Positions 35,133-46,613 of a DNA stretch of 64,000 nt are shown in pieces. The notes under the pieces were generated by a model, which made no database searches, was not told the origin of the DNA, and worked only from the letters and a program-made list of their open reading frames with translations. The stretch's first letter is position 1. Each line of letters starts with the position of its first letter. The translations under genes and the position numbers were made by a program. The stretch comes from Williopsis jadinii (lineage: Eukaryota), in assembly GCA_024346625.1 (NCBI GenBank), contig AP024664.1, positions 3,472,001 through 3,536,000 on the forward strand. The letters run 5' to 3'.

Positions 35133-35191
35133 GTCTCTACATAGACACAGTATACATGCACATCATTTGTTAACATTCTATATCAGTAGTT

Positions 35192-37609
35192 CTAGTTCAT
35201 AAACAGGAATTGTAAGTCATCAGGAGTCAGTCTGTTAATTGCAGCATCGTCGTGATTGATGGTAGCATGGATCATATTGGCCTTTTTATCCTGGAGCTCT
35301 ATAATTCTAGATTCGATGCTATCTTCAATACAGAATCTTGTGATTTTAACAGGTCTATACTGGCCAATTCTGTGAACTCTGTCACCGGATTGCCACTCGA
35401 CAGAAGGATTCCACCATGGATCCATGAGGAAGACCTGTGAAGCCTCACACAAGTTTAAGGCAACACCACCAGCTTTGAGAGAAACCAGAAATACTTCAAC
35501 TTGAGGATTTTCCATGAAATGACGAATGGTATTGTCTCTTTGTATTGGAGACATTGATCCTTGTAGTTTCACAGTTTGGAAACCAGCTCTTTTCAGTCTC
35601 CATTCCACAAGATCCAGCATTGACGTGAACTGTGAGAACACAATGGACTTGATGGTGACACGATCAGATCTCAGCTTGTACAGTTCTTCAACCAAGGCTT
35701 CAATTTTAGTTGAGGATCTCCACTCACCTCCCATTTTGATTCTATTCACAATAGATCCCTTTTTAAACTGATCAACATTAACCTCAATTGCTGGTCCAGT
35801 GAGATCGATACTCAGGGCAATGTGACACACTGGACATTCCAGCTTGTCGTCATTGCCACCGAAACTTTCAACATATTCTTTGATACACATACGACAGAAC
35901 TTATGATGGCATTTGGACTCAATTGGCTCCTCAGCCTCGTCGTCACACAGCTGACACACGATTACACCATTGAGCCCCTCATTACCGAGCTCTGAGTTGT
36001 TGTGAACACGTCGGAGAACCAAGTCTGGGTGATCAGCCAACTGTCTCATTCTCGTGATGAGAGTGAAGATATTGGCATAATTATTCAACACCACACCTTC
36101 TGCGACGTATTCGTTGAATTTTCTCTTTGAATCAGAGTACAAGCTCTGGTAGAGATCTTTCTCTTCTTCGTTGAAGAAGTCCCTTCTGATCTCCTCAACC
36201 CTTGGAGGGAGACCCAAGTCATCAGCACGTTCAACCTTGGTTCTTCTGAGCATGATGTTCTTCAACAACGCCTGAATATTTCCAAATGACTGTAGACCAT
36301 CACCTTGAATACCAAACTTCTGGATGTTCTTCAGCATGAAATGGTTGAAGAAGTTGGTGTGTTGCATCGGAACATGACCACAGTGGTCACAGTGTTTCCA
36401 ATCAGTAAAGTTCCATTCTTTAGAACGGCATGGACACTTAGTGCAGAAGTAGTTTCCAAAGGGCTCAATGTCCAAGAACTTGATCAACGAGTACATCTCA
36501 CCAATGCGGTTTTGTAAAGGTGTTCCAGAGAGACACCACCTCTTTTGAGTCTTGAGATTGTTAGCAGCTCTTGCCGTATTACTCTGACGATCCTTGATGT
36601 TGTGTGCTTCATCCAGAATGACTCTATAGAACTCCACCTGATGCAGTGCAGATTTCTCCTTTATCAGCGTTCCTTTCCTCTTGAACCCATACCGTTCCTT
36701 TCTGAACACACTCTCCAGCACGGCAAATGTTGTCAATATCACATCAAACTCTGCGAGATCATTAGCACTTCCTGACCGGTTTGCACCATGGAACACTGCA
36801 ACCTTCAAAGAATCACCAGCATGTTGCGCAATCTCATTCTTCCACTGCATGAGAGCAACAGTCGGTGCAACCACCAAGTTTGGCCTCTTAGAACGATCGC
36901 TGAGAAACAGTGCTATGGTCTGGATGGTCTTACCCATACCCATCTCATCTGCAAGGATGCCTCCGTTGTAGATACTCGCCTCTTGTTTGATCAACCAGTT
37001 CAGTCCTTCCAATTGGAAAGGGAGCAGGTTGATCTTCATACCGTCAGGCTGAGGAGCCCTTTCCGGCTCGATCTTCTTGGCTGCTATGAGATTTGGAAAC
37101 ACATCCTTCAGATCCGGATGCATTTCGTATAGCCTTTCAGTCATCCGTTGATGGTAGGGAATCTTTGGCTTCTTTGGCTTTGCAGTTTTCGCCTTCTTGG
37201 CCACTTTCCTCTTGGGCTTCGGCTCAGGCTTAGTATCAACCTCGTGATCAGACACAAGATCAACAGTCTCGAGCAGCACAACGTCGTCATCATCGTCATC
37301 CTGCGACCCGGCTACGTCCTGGAAATCCTTATCGTCCTCTTGGTTGTACTCGTCATAGTCATCGTCCAGCATCTTCAGCTTCCTCTTGGTCGTGGTCGCG
37401 GCGGCTCTCGTTGATCGTCTTGTTACCCGCTTTGGTACTGCCTTCTGTCCTACAAGAGCCTCCTCGTCGCTCGACTCCGCATAGCTCACAGTTCCTGTGG
37501 ATCGGCGGCTTCTTCTTTTCCTCGTGGTCTTGTCCTGTACGTCTGGGTCATCTCTTATAAATCCACCAGCTAGTGGAATATCGCTGTCTGTCTCAGTCTC
37601 CGACGACAT
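35192..37609 (-). CDS. RAD16: Nucleotide excision repair Swi2/Snf2 ATPase with RING finger
   Basis: [18 protein letters not shown] (CQLC...CHHKFCRMC...CPVC), [11 protein letters not shown] and C-terminal DLQFLF. Convergent with LYS2. An alternative upstream ATG lies at 37717. Confidence 0.96.
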   Translation of the reverse strand: MSSETETDSDIPLAGGFIRDDPDVQDKTTRKRRSRRSTGTVSYAESSDEEALVGQKAVPKRVTRRSTRAAATTTKRKLKMLDDDYDEYNQEDDKDFQDVAGSQDDDDDDVVLLETVDLVSDHEVDTKPEPKPKRKVAKKAKTAKPKKPKIPYHQRMTERLYEMHPDLKDVFPNLIAAKKIEPERAPQPDGMKINLLPFQLEGLNWLIKQEASIYNGGILADEMGMGKTIQTIALFLSDRSKRPNLVVAPTVALMQWKNEIAQHAGDSLKVAVFHGANRSGSANDLAEFDVILTTFAVLESVFRKERYGFKRKGTLIKEKSALHQVEFYRVILDEAHNIKDRQSNTARAANNLKTQKRWCLSGTPLQNRIGEMYSLIKFLDIEPFGNYFCTKCPCRSKEWNFTDWKHCDHCGHVPMQHTNFFNHFMLKNIQKFGIQGDGLQSFGNIQALLKNIMLRRTKVERADDLGLPPRVEEIRRDFFNEEEKDLYQSLYSDSKRKFNEYVAEGVVLNNYANIFTLITRMRQLADHPDLVLRRVHNNSELGNEGLNGVIVCQLCDDEAEEPIESKCHHKFCRMCIKEYVESFGGNDDKLECPVCHIALSIDLTGPAIEVNVDQFKKGSIVNRIKMGGEWRSSTKIEALVEELYKLRSDRVTIKSIVFSQFTSMLDLVEWRLKRAGFQTVKLQGSMSPIQRDNTIRHFMENPQVEVFLVSLKAGGVALNLCEASQVFLMDPWWNPSVEWQSGDRVHRIGQYRPVKITRFCIEDSIESRIIELQDKKANMIHATINHDDAAINRLTPDDLQFLFMN

Positions 37610-37892
37610 GGCCAAGCTCGTCCCAACGTCTAAAGTTATCAACAACGATCGTAGTCCCCACTGGTGACTACCGGACAAATTTTTGGTGGCGTACTCATGT
37701 CCAGAAGTTCGATGCATACGAAGGTTAAAGCAAGCTAATCGGTTGCGCGCACGTCATTGTCCAAACTGGGACATTTTGTCCGACCGATCAACGCCTCTCT
37801 CTTCTCCTACTTTTTTTTTCTGGTCTTGATTGAAAAAGTGTAAACAAAGCACCTATATCTGTAAACATAGGACTTGGACAGATTACGCAACG

Positions 37893-40553
37893 ATGGAGGC
37901 TGCGGACAAACCTAAGAAGCGCCAGCGCATGAGTGTGGTCTGCTTGAACTGTAAAACCAGAAAGATCAAGTGTGACAAGAAGAGACCAGCTTGTTCTAAT
38001 TGTGTCAAGTGCAATGTTGGCCATCTGTGTGAATATGAACCACCACACTGGGTGACAAGGGCATCGATGAGCTCTGCTTCCAATGCCATACAAGCCATAG
38101 CACAGCAAGTTGAGCAGAATGGAACTCCCCTACCGGCTCCTATACCGCCCATCTCTGCGCCCTTAGCACCCTTCCCGGAGGCTGTGAATTCACCTCCACG
38201 GACAGCGTCTTCAGATAATGCAACTGATGCACAGATGGAAGTGAAGGAGGAACTGATGAGACTTCGGGCCCAGATCCAGTCGCTCCAGTCTTCTGTTGTT
38301 GGCTCTCATGAACTGAACACCGACACTGTGGACTTTTACGAGCTGTACAATGCTCTTCATACAAAGAGGTCCAGCATGGAGGAGCACAAGCCTCTGTGCT
38401 CTGTGACACATTACAAGAAGGATCAGTTCTCAGCAGTTCTATCGGGTTACTTCAACCTGTGCTGTGCGCTATTCAAGGCCAAATACGGAGACTTGAAGAA
38501 GAAGCAGGAGTCTCAAAAGACAAGGTTGGATGCTTCACTCACAGAGTTCCTTTATCTGTTGGGAGAACGTGAGAGCCCTGAGGTTGTTGAAGTTGTGTCG
38601 AAGTTCATCCAGGAACGTATGCCAAAGAATGATCAAAACAACAACATATCGTTCTTACTGCCGAATAAGCACACAAAGGGCACAGATACAATCCTGTCAC
38701 ATGTGCAATCACTATTGCCAACGCTAGGTGTGATCAAGCTGTACCTGAATAGGTTCTACCAGTTCATATACCCGTACTTCCCCTTTGTTGATAAGAAAGT
38801 CTTGAACGAGAGGATCTTCACGATTCTTCAGGCACAGGATGATGAGTCTGCCGTGTCGATAGTAATAGACGACAAGTTCGATATGCTGAGTCTTGCACAA
38901 CTGCTGATCATCCTGAGGATGGTTCACATAGCTCAACCAAGTTGCACAAAAGATGTTGTTTTGAAACAGAATCCGATATCTGCTGAGCTCATTGGAAGTG
39001 CCGTTACAATCATCTCTCTCTTCAAGATCACAAGAAAGACCAAGCTATCAGTCATACAAACGTTGATATTACTTCGATTGTACTTGCTCTACGCACCTGA
39101 GGATGGAGATGGCTCCGAGCTCACACAGTCGCAAACACTCTTTGCGATGATTGTTCAAAGTGCGTATGCGATAGGGCTCAACAGAGATGCTTCTAACCAT
39201 CCACAGATGGAATTTGATAAGGAACTCTCCAATCTATGGCGTCGTGTGTGGTATGGTATTCTTGATATTGACCGCGTGATATCCACCTTAGCTGGCCATA
39301 TCTGTTGTATTCAGAATCTAAACTCTTACAACGTGGAGTTCCCCATAGTGGACGAAACTGACTCTCTGATAGACCGTGAAGTTACTGAAGAGTACCGCCG
39401 CTCCGAACCGTTGCTCAAAATGTACTACGACCTATCAAACATGGTCAACAACCTTGCAAATTCCCCTAGAGTATGTGACTTGTTGGACTTGTTGAATAGG
39501 ATGGAAGTCTATGTCAACATCAATTATTCACTGGAAACAATGCAACCCCTAGTCGAGTCCACATCGGAGGCCGCTGATGTTACGAACTTCATCAACAGTA
39601 AGAGGTTCCTTCATCAGTTTCAAGTTTATTCATTTAAACTAGCCGTCTACCAATCTTTGACACTGCACTATGAATCATTGGAGTACCAGGACCCAAAGAA
39701 GTCAAGAGAGTTCTTGGTTAAAAACTTGGAAGCAGCGCAGAATGTCACCAACATTGCTTGCAAATTCCTGATGAACCAGTACAACAACTACGTGGACTCA
39801 GATCACAAGTTCTATCTCAACAGATTCATTGAGAACGTCTTTCAGCGTGCAATGAATACACTAATATCTTTGTTGATTCGTCTCTACCATGCATCTGACT
39901 TGATGTCAAGATCTATTGGGAACAACAGCGAAGCTTTGGTTGGTGAGATCACAGAGCTCACATTTAGGATTGCCTCAGGAGTGAATATGCTTGTCCAGAA
40001 CACACTAGGCACCAAATACTACCAGGCATTCAAGACGTCTCTCAAGTACAAATTCTACATTCGTTCTCTCAGGTCGGAAGGTTACAAATGTATCCGGGAT
40101 ACCATTGAGTTCATCGATGATAAATTCTTGGATGATCCGGCTGCTAGGCTTACCATGCTCTTGAGAATCGACCTGACTTTGGGGACATCTACAGCTTTGA
40201 AGCAATTGGATAGTATGAACTATCTAATCACTTCTTCCCGTGAGTTTTTGCTCCAAGTGAAGAACATCGTTTCAGGATTTGACATCTTGGAGGATAAGTC
40301 TTTGTCAAATGAACAAGTCATCTGGGAACCAAGCTTCAAGCAATTATCATTGAACGAAATTCGTGGAGTGCAGACTGTTGACGATGCAACGTTGTTACGT
40401 GGATTGGGTGTGGGTGAATTCTTACCTCGTGAAGTTGAGCAAACTTCTAACTCACTTAACCTAGGACAATTATTAACGGTGAACGGACCAGTCAGATTCG
40501 ATGATCTTTTCAAGACAAATGAAGAGTATGACGATTGGCTGTCGAGATTATAA
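37893..40553 (+). CDS. Zn(II)2Cys6 transcription factor with fungal TF middle homology region (Mrr1/Oaf3-like)
   Basis: CLNCKTRKIKCDKKRPACSNCVKCNVGHLC, a coiled coil, PEDGDG, AYAIGLNRD and LWRRVWY. First ATG at 37893. Confidence 0.9.
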   Translation: MEAADKPKKRQRMSVVCLNCKTRKIKCDKKRPACSNCVKCNVGHLCEYEPPHWVTRASMSSASNAIQAIAQQVEQNGTPLPAPIPPISAPLAPFPEAVNSPPRTASSDNATDAQMEVKEELMRLRAQIQSLQSSVVGSHELNTDTVDFYELYNALHTKRSSMEEHKPLCSVTHYKKDQFSAVLSGYFNLCCALFKAKYGDLKKKQESQKTRLDASLTEFLYLLGERESPEVVEVVSKFIQERMPKNDQNNNISFLLPNKHTKGTDTILSHVQSLLPTLGVIKLYLNRFYQFIYPYFPFVDKKVLNERIFTILQAQDDESAVSIVIDDKFDMLSLAQLLIILRMVHIAQPSCTKDVVLKQNPISAELIGSAVTIISLFKITRKTKLSVIQTLILLRLYLLYAPEDGDGSELTQSQTLFAMIVQSAYAIGLNRDASNHPQMEFDKELSNLWRRVWYGILDIDRVISTLAGHICCIQNLNSYNVEFPIVDETDSLIDREVTEEYRRSEPLLKMYYDLSNMVNNLANSPRVCDLLDLLNRMEVYVNINYSLETMQPLVESTSEAADVTNFINSKRFLHQFQVYSFKLAVYQSLTLHYESLEYQDPKKSREFLVKNLEAAQNVTNIACKFLMNQYNNYVDSDHKFYLNRFIENVFQRAMNTLISLLIRLYHASDLMSRSIGNNSEALVGEITELTFRIASGVNMLVQNTLGTKYYQAFKTSLKYKFYIRSLRSEGYKCIRDTIEFIDDKFLDDPAARLTMLLRIDLTLGTSTALKQLDSMNYLITSSREFLLQVKNIVSGFDILEDKSLSNEQVIWEPSFKQLSLNEIRGVQTVDDATLLRGLGVGEFLPREVEQTSNSLNLGQLLTVNGPVRFDDLFKTNEEYDDWLSRL

Positions 40554-40622
40554 AAGAAAAGAAGAATGGTCTTGACATTATAGTGGATTAAACAATGCCA
40601 GTGAACAACTAACAGCACCAGT

Positions 40623-41729
40623 TCATTTGGAGGTATCGACAACGTAACGACCCAAGATTTTGTTTTCCTCCATCAGCTGGTAAACCTTGGCCAATTCAGA
40701 CAACCCAACAACTTTGATTGGTGATTTAACCAATCCTCTTGTGAAGAAATCAATGGCTTCACGTGTGTCCGCTCTGTTTCCGACATAGGAACCTCTGATC
40801 TGGATCGACTTAATAACGTGACTCAAAACGTCAGAATGACAAACTGCAGAAGGTGGTAATCCAACAAGGACAACTTTACCTGTTGGTCTGACGAACTGTG
40901 TCGATTGGGAGATAGCCTTGTCTGAGACAGAAACATTGATGACACCGTGAGGACCACCCAATGTCTTTGTGATAATCTCTTCGACGAGATTTGGCGTAGT
41001 TTGGAAGTCAACAAACTCCTCGCATCCCATATCACGAGCAAACTGTTCCTTCTGACCAGCATCAATACCCAACACCCTATAACCCATAGCATTGGCGTAT
41101 TGGACCGCAAGGGACCCGAGACCACCACCTGCACCCGAGATTGCAACCCACTGACCAGCTCTTAGCTCTGCTGTCTTCAACGCTTTGTACACAGTCACGC
41201 CGGCACACAATATAGGAGATATACCAGCCAAATCCGTTCCTGGAGGGATCTTGGCAGCTTGAACTGCATCAGCAGTGGCATATTGTTGGAATGTACCGTC
41301 ATGGGTATAACCTGACATGTCAGCTCTTGGACAGTTGGACTCAAAAGAGTTCTCACAGAATTCACAGGACATACAAGAACTGTTGATCCACTTGATACCG
41401 GCATAGTCTCCAATCTCAAAGTTTGTAACATTGGAGCCTTTAGCAACAACGACACCGGCACCTTCGTGACCACCAATCAATGGCAGTTTTGGCGGGATTG
41501 GCCAGTCACCCTTCCAGGCGTGTAGGTCAGTATGGCAAACACCAGAATATTTGACGTTCACCAAGATTTCATTTGGCTTTGGCACTGGCACTGGCAAGTC
41601 CTTGTACTCGAGTGTACCGTTGTGTTCGTAAAAGATCACACCCTTTTGCGTTTCTGGGACTGAAAGTGTTGCCAGCCCACGGAGCAAGGTTGGTCTGAAT
41701 AGTGAGTTGAAGGTCTTTGTTCTTAGCAT
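40623..41729 (-). CDS. ADH3: Zn-dependent alcohol dehydrogenase with mitochondrial presequence
   Basis: CHTDLH, GHEGAG, the structural Zn cysteines and GAGGGLG. Arg-rich, acid-free N-terminus [19 protein letters not shown]. Confidence 0.88.
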   Translation of the reverse strand: MLRTKTFNSLFRPTLLRGLATLSVPETQKGVIFYEHNGTLEYKDLPVPVPKPNEILVNVKYSGVCHTDLHAWKGDWPIPPKLPLIGGHEGAGVVVAKGSNVTNFEIGDYAGIKWINSSCMSCEFCENSFESNCPRADMSGYTHDGTFQQYATADAVQAAKIPPGTDLAGISPILCAGVTVYKALKTAELRAGQWVAISGAGGGLGSLAVQYANAMGYRVLGIDAGQKEQFARDMGCEEFVDFQTTPNLVEEIITKTLGGPHGVINVSVSDKAISQSTQFVRPTGKVVLVGLPPSAVCHSDVLSHVIKSIQIRGSYVGNRADTREAIDFFTRGLVKSPIKVVGLSELAKVYQLMEENKILGRYVVDTSK

Positions 41730-42549
41730 TGTATAGAATGTTGTGTAGGCAGAGTGTAAATCTTGTCGGAGTTGAATTGCAAACGGGTTCTACAGGGCGA
41801 TATTTATAGACGTTCAAGAGGACTGTATTCTACGTATGATCACAACTATGGGACTAGAGTAGTCCCGTGCAGTCATAGTCTTAATCCACTGGCAATGTAT
41901 GTGTCATTCGACAAAACTTTCTTGTTTACCTTTTTTTATGGACAATTAAGAGCTTGTACCGTTCCTGTAAAGACACCTTCTCCACATTTTCCAGACTATG
42001 CATGTCCAAAACACAAATTTGGATACACCAACTGACATTCAATGGGAAAGCCAATAACATTAACGGGACACAAAGGACAAGACTTTTAAAGAAGAAACAT
42101 TATTAATTATCATAAGCGGCAATCTGAGGGTGTGGGGCGGTTGGCTGTTTAGTATTTTACCCAACATTAAAGTAACGTACGGACTACATCATATTCAAGC
42201 CGGAGTGTTTATGATGAAGGGTCTAGTCCAAACGCTATCTAATTGTATGTAACGTTATTTTTCTATCCCCTTTATTTGCTTAGTCTCTCCTCTAACGATT
42301 AATCATCATCATCCGTCACCACCACAAATGCTCCCACTTCTCCATTGGACGATGAAATGGCACATAGGAGAGGGGTTTTCGTAAGCAATGCCAAACGCTC
42401 CTGGACATTCTCCTCTTGAACAGTGGAACCTACGATCACCAGTAGTGTGTTGAGACTCCCCACCCTTTATAACAGTGGATGAAGCTGTTTATGAGCTGTT
42501 TCCTGTCAAATTTGACCTGCATTAACAACCGGGAGGGACATGTCTCGTC

Positions 42550-43320
42550 TCATGCCCTTTCGGCCGTAATCCAGTCGAGGAACATTGGGACATCGTGGGA
42601 CACGCTCTTCGCAATCATCGAGTTCTGCAGCCATTTAGGGACATTACCACCACTATCACTCGCAGTACACATGATCCAATCGATGGTGTTGTCTTTGTTC
42701 AACTTGAACCTCTCAATTGAGCAGTAGACACCGTGGACATGCGACGATTGCACTGGGTGGTTAGCAACGAGTTGAATAACATAAGCACAGTCGTCATGGA
42801 TATACCCAGGCTCAGCGAGCAGGATAAACTCTACAAACTCTCTTGTTGTCAGAGGGGCACCCAATTCGTAATGGGACCATGTGCTTCCCCATTTACGGAG
42901 ATGTTCCTTGTTCTCCAACGACTCAAACCCTTCGTATGACTCCAATTCAACTTTCCCCCACTTGTCGAGGACTTTTGTATACTGGATCTCGTATTCCGTA
43001 TGCGTGTACTTGTCATCGATGGTCCAAGACCCATCTTCGAGTCGTCTTGCGCCGAGGGAATATTTCATGATTTCATCCCATGAGTGTTTGGTCGCATCAA
43101 TCACGCTATGTCTTGCCATCCAGTATTCGTCGTGCAAATGAGTGTAGTAGGTCTGAACATCTTGCCTTTCACCAGTGGCCAACTTGTACTTGTAGTTTTT
43201 TGATTTGTGCCATTTAGAGGTGATCTCGTTGACGAGCGAATCTGCGTCCTGGACAAACTCCTTGGTGTCTAAAGGAAGATCACTGACATTATGTGGCTTT
43301 GTAGAGAATTCAAACACCAT
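42550..43320 (-). CDS. DUF3074 (START/SRPBCC-like) domain protein
   Basis: WMARHS, PLTTREF, YCSIER and WIMCTASDSGGNVPKWLQ...DVPMFLDW. First ATG at 43320. Confidence 0.75.
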   Translation of the reverse strand: MVFEFSTKPHNVSDLPLDTKEFVQDADSLVNEITSKWHKSKNYKYKLATGERQDVQTYYTHLHDEYWMARHSVIDATKHSWDEIMKYSLGARRLEDGSWTIDDKYTHTEYEIQYTKVLDKWGKVELESYEGFESLENKEHLRKWGSTWSHYELGAPLTTREFVEFILLAEPGYIHDDCAYVIQLVANHPVQSSHVHGVYCSIERFKLNKDNTIDWIMCTASDSGGNVPKWLQNSMIAKSVSHDVPMFLDWITAERA

Positions 43321-43438
43321 AGTGGACGGATTCTGCACCTGTCTATGTAGCTGAGTCACTGGAACGGCAATTGTTCACTACTGAATGAATACAGTGTGCT
43401 ATTTAAAAGGGAAGACCTGGGTTGTTTCTTGTAGCGAT

Positions 43439-43446
43439 CCGGGTAA
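43439..43446. promoter_or_regulatory. Reb1-type site in the DUF3074/NOT5 divergent promoter
   Basis: Exact CCGGGTAA. Function is inferred. Confidence 0.4.
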
Positions 43447-43957
43447 TTAAAAGGCGGAAAATCCACACGAGATAGAGGAAAGCCTGCACTCCAATTGAAA
43501 TAAGCACACCGAGGATGGCGTTCAAAAGAGACTGATACCACCAGACACACCTCAGCCATTGTAGTTCTCACTCGCCACCTCATTTCTTGTCATACTCATC
43601 TAGGAAAGCTCTTTTGTCATGTTCAACCACTGCTCCATCTCATCACACCTCGGATATCACACCAGTGTCATGTGATCCCTCCCTCGGATATACCAATACG
43701 GTAACCCGGCGCAACTTCTTCAACAACAAACAAAACCACACGAAAAAAGGACCACAAAGCTGGAAAAGCAAAAACAGACAACGATTTCACTCCGGCTCAT
43801 ACAAAGCAACGCACACAACCACAGCGCAATTATTCCTCCCGAACTGCTTGTTTCCCAGCCATAGCCCCTATTAGATAATCTGATACCATCCACGGTGAAT
43901 AGAGACGGCATTATCTCTTTGACAGTCTGAGTACAAGCGAGAAGACCGAAAGCCACG

Positions 43958-45790
43958 ATGTCGCAGAGAAAACTACAACAAGAGATTGACAAGGTGTTCA
44001 AGAAAGTGAAGGAAGGGTTGGAGATATTCGATGGCTATTACGATAAGCTGCAGACATGCGAGAATCAGTCGCAGAAGGAAAAGCTGGAATCTGACTTGAA
44101 GCGTGAGATAAAGAAGCTTCAAAAGCAGAGAGATCAAATCAAGTCCTGGTTGAGCGGTAACGAGGTGAAGGACAAGAAGCTGTTGTTGGAGAACAGAAAG
44201 ACCATTGAGAACGCGATGGAGCGATTCAAAGTGGTTGAGAAGAACATGAAGACGAAGGCGTACTCCAGAGAAGGTCTGAATCAGGACCGTAATGATCCAA
44301 GACAGAAGGAGAAGGAGGAAACGTCCGAGTTCTTGCAGCAGATGATTGAAGATTTGGAGAGACAGAACGAGAAGCACGAAGCGACTATTGACCATCTGCA
44401 GAACTCTGGAAAGAAGAGTAAGAAGCTCGACGGTGCTACCAAACAGGAGATTTCTGATCTGCAGGATAAGATGGATAGAAATCTTTGGCATTTGGACAAA
44501 CTGGAACAGGTCCAGAGACTGATCATGAATGACATGTTAGACTGTGAACCCGTGAACGACTTGCAAGAGGATATAAAATACTATGTTGAGGAGAATGAAG
44601 ACCCGGACTTCCTGGAAGATGATGCCATATACGACGATCTCAAATTGGATGAGGTTGAAGACTCCTTTGGTAACGTTGCAGAACTGGCTCCAAAGGAGGA
44701 AGAACACGAGTCTGTTCTTATTGACGACACACCTAAGAAACCAGTGGTCCATCAACAGACACCACCTCATTCTTCTGGATCCGCTACATCTACAACTACA
44801 TCGACAGCTTCGATACCACCACCAGCAGCAACGGCAACGAATATTCCACCATCGTCGACACTTGCCAATGCTTCACATTCTCATTCTTCTGGCACAGTGA
44901 CACAGTTCACATCAAACGGTACAACCACCACTCTTAAGCCTGCAATTCTGCAAAAACAGGAGTTGAAGTACGCCTCAGTAGCTGCTAATGCTTTAAACAG
45001 TGGGTTGCATCATTCAAATGGTATAATCAAGGCCTCAGAGTCACAACAGAACACTCCTAAGCTGAAGCCTACAACACTGGCGGATACTTTGTCTAACAAC
45101 TCTAGCTCTACCAACCTGGAAAGCTCACAGCAGCAAACGACTCCATCGCATGCGTCAAAAGTCGTTCCACCGCCTGGATTATCCAATACCCCAAGAATTG
45201 GTACCCCATTGTCATCTTATGTGAGTCTGAATCACCTCGAAGGTGCACCAGCAGACTTTAATGGTGCTTCAGATGCATCTAAAACTGCATCGGTACTAGA
45301 ATCAATCAAGGATTTGATCAATAAACCAGCACCACTAGAGGACATTTCAAAGATGTTGGATATCTCGCTGTTGAATTGTCCAGACTCTTTGGATGCAGAC
45401 AGAGCACGCACTTATCGTCCATCAAATCCACATCCCACACCATCGGCATATCCACAAGAGCCATTACCAGAGCTTACCTACTCTAGTGTTGTGTCAAGGT
45501 TGGACGAGAGCACTCTATTCTTCAATTTCTACTATAACCAGGGAGAGTACGTTCAAATCTTGAGTGCTAATGAGTTGGTAAAGAGAAATTGGGAATTTGA
45601 CAAGTTATCTCACAAGTGGTACAAGAAGAGTGATGAGATTCAACCTCCACAGCTAGTCAATGGTCAAATTGTAAGCCCGGGCAAAACCATCACATGGCAA
45701 TATTTCGACAATGACCAGGTATGGCTCTCTCGTCGTGTCGAGAACTTTGACGCTTCAAAAGTACAACTAGAGGCTTCGTTTTTAATATAA
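43958..45790 (+). CDS. NOT5: CCR4-NOT subunit Not5/Not3
   Basis: MSQRKLQQEIDKVFKKVKEG, MERFKVVEKNMKTKAYS and a C-terminal NOT box (TLFFNFYYNQG). Order NOT5-LTP1-TKL1 matches S. cerevisiae. Confidence 0.9.
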   Translation: MSQRKLQQEIDKVFKKVKEGLEIFDGYYDKLQTCENQSQKEKLESDLKREIKKLQKQRDQIKSWLSGNEVKDKKLLLENRKTIENAMERFKVVEKNMKTKAYSREGLNQDRNDPRQKEKEETSEFLQQMIEDLERQNEKHEATIDHLQNSGKKSKKLDGATKQEISDLQDKMDRNLWHLDKLEQVQRLIMNDMLDCEPVNDLQEDIKYYVEENEDPDFLEDDAIYDDLKLDEVEDSFGNVAELAPKEEEHESVLIDDTPKKPVVHQQTPPHSSGSATSTTTSTASIPPPAATATNIPPSSTLANASHSHSSGTVTQFTSNGTTTTLKPAILQKQELKYASVAANALNSGLHHSNGIIKASESQQNTPKLKPTTLADTLSNNSSSTNLESSQQQTTPSHASKVVPPPGLSNTPRIGTPLSSYVSLNHLEGAPADFNGASDASKTASVLESIKDLINKPAPLEDISKMLDISLLNCPDSLDADRARTYRPSNPHPTPSAYPQEPLPELTYSSVVSRLDESTLFFNFYYNQGEYVQILSANELVKRNWEFDKLSHKWYKKSDEIQPPQLVNGQIVSPGKTITWQYFDNDQVWLSRRVENFDASKVQLEASFLI

Positions 45791-45862
45791 TTTGTACGTG
45801 TATTCTCCATCCATTTTCTATTACAAATCTCCGTCTACTAGGGCTTGCTCCCTCTTATGGCT

Positions 45863-46351
45863 TTATGGGCTCCAGCCAAGTTCTTGTTTCAAAAACTCCT
45901 CAGCAAAATATGACACTTGCTTAAAGTTGTACTCGAATCCATCAGTGCCACCGTAGTATGGGTCATCGACTATCTTGTTAAACTTACCGTCGGTGTTGTA
46001 ATCACCAAACAGTTTGACTTTGGCCTTGCTTCCGCGTGGCTGAATTCTTTCAATGTTGTACAGGTTGCTCTCATCCATGCCAATGAGGAAGTCAAACTCG
46101 TGGAAATGTTGAGCCGATAGCTTCTGAGCTCTATGGTTCACTGGAACGCCATGCTTCTTACAAGTAGAGGAGCTTCTGGAGTCTGGAGTTTCACCAACGT
46201 GGTAACCAGCTGTACCAAAGGAGTCGATCTTTACAAAGTGATCTCCCAGCCCAAATTCACTCACCTTATGCTTGAAAACTGCTTCAGCCATTGGCGAACG
46301 ACAGATGTTTCCAAGGCATACAAAGGCCACCGATATCTTTCCATCCGACAT
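45863..46351 (-). CDS. LTP1: Low-molecular-weight protein tyrosine phosphatase
   Basis: FVCLGNICRSPMAE P-loop and DPYYG. Confidence 0.97.
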   Translation of the reverse strand: MSDGKISVAFVCLGNICRSPMAEAVFKHKVSEFGLGDHFVKIDSFGTAGYHVGETPDSRSSSTCKKHGVPVNHRAQKLSAQHFHEFDFLIGMDESNLYNIERIQPRGSKAKVKLFGDYNTDGKFNKIVDDPYYGGTDGFEYNFKQVSYFAEEFLKQELGWSP

Positions 46352-46613
46352 TGTGCTCTTACGCCTACGTTGACGGCTATCTATACCGGCTTAACTGGCC
46401 TCTACAAAGCACACGTTTTGCTAACAAAGTCCACAACTGTGAAATCAGCACTGGAAACATCCAGACACCAATTCCAGGTGAAGAGCCGTGGTTTCGTCTG
46501 AAAAGAGTAAACGTGTTGCCGTGACAACTAAACGCAGCTACTACAGATGAGGTTTCCAACTAAATGTATTAAATCATAGAACGTGTGTGTTTAGTTTTAA
46601 GAGCAGGCTCCGT

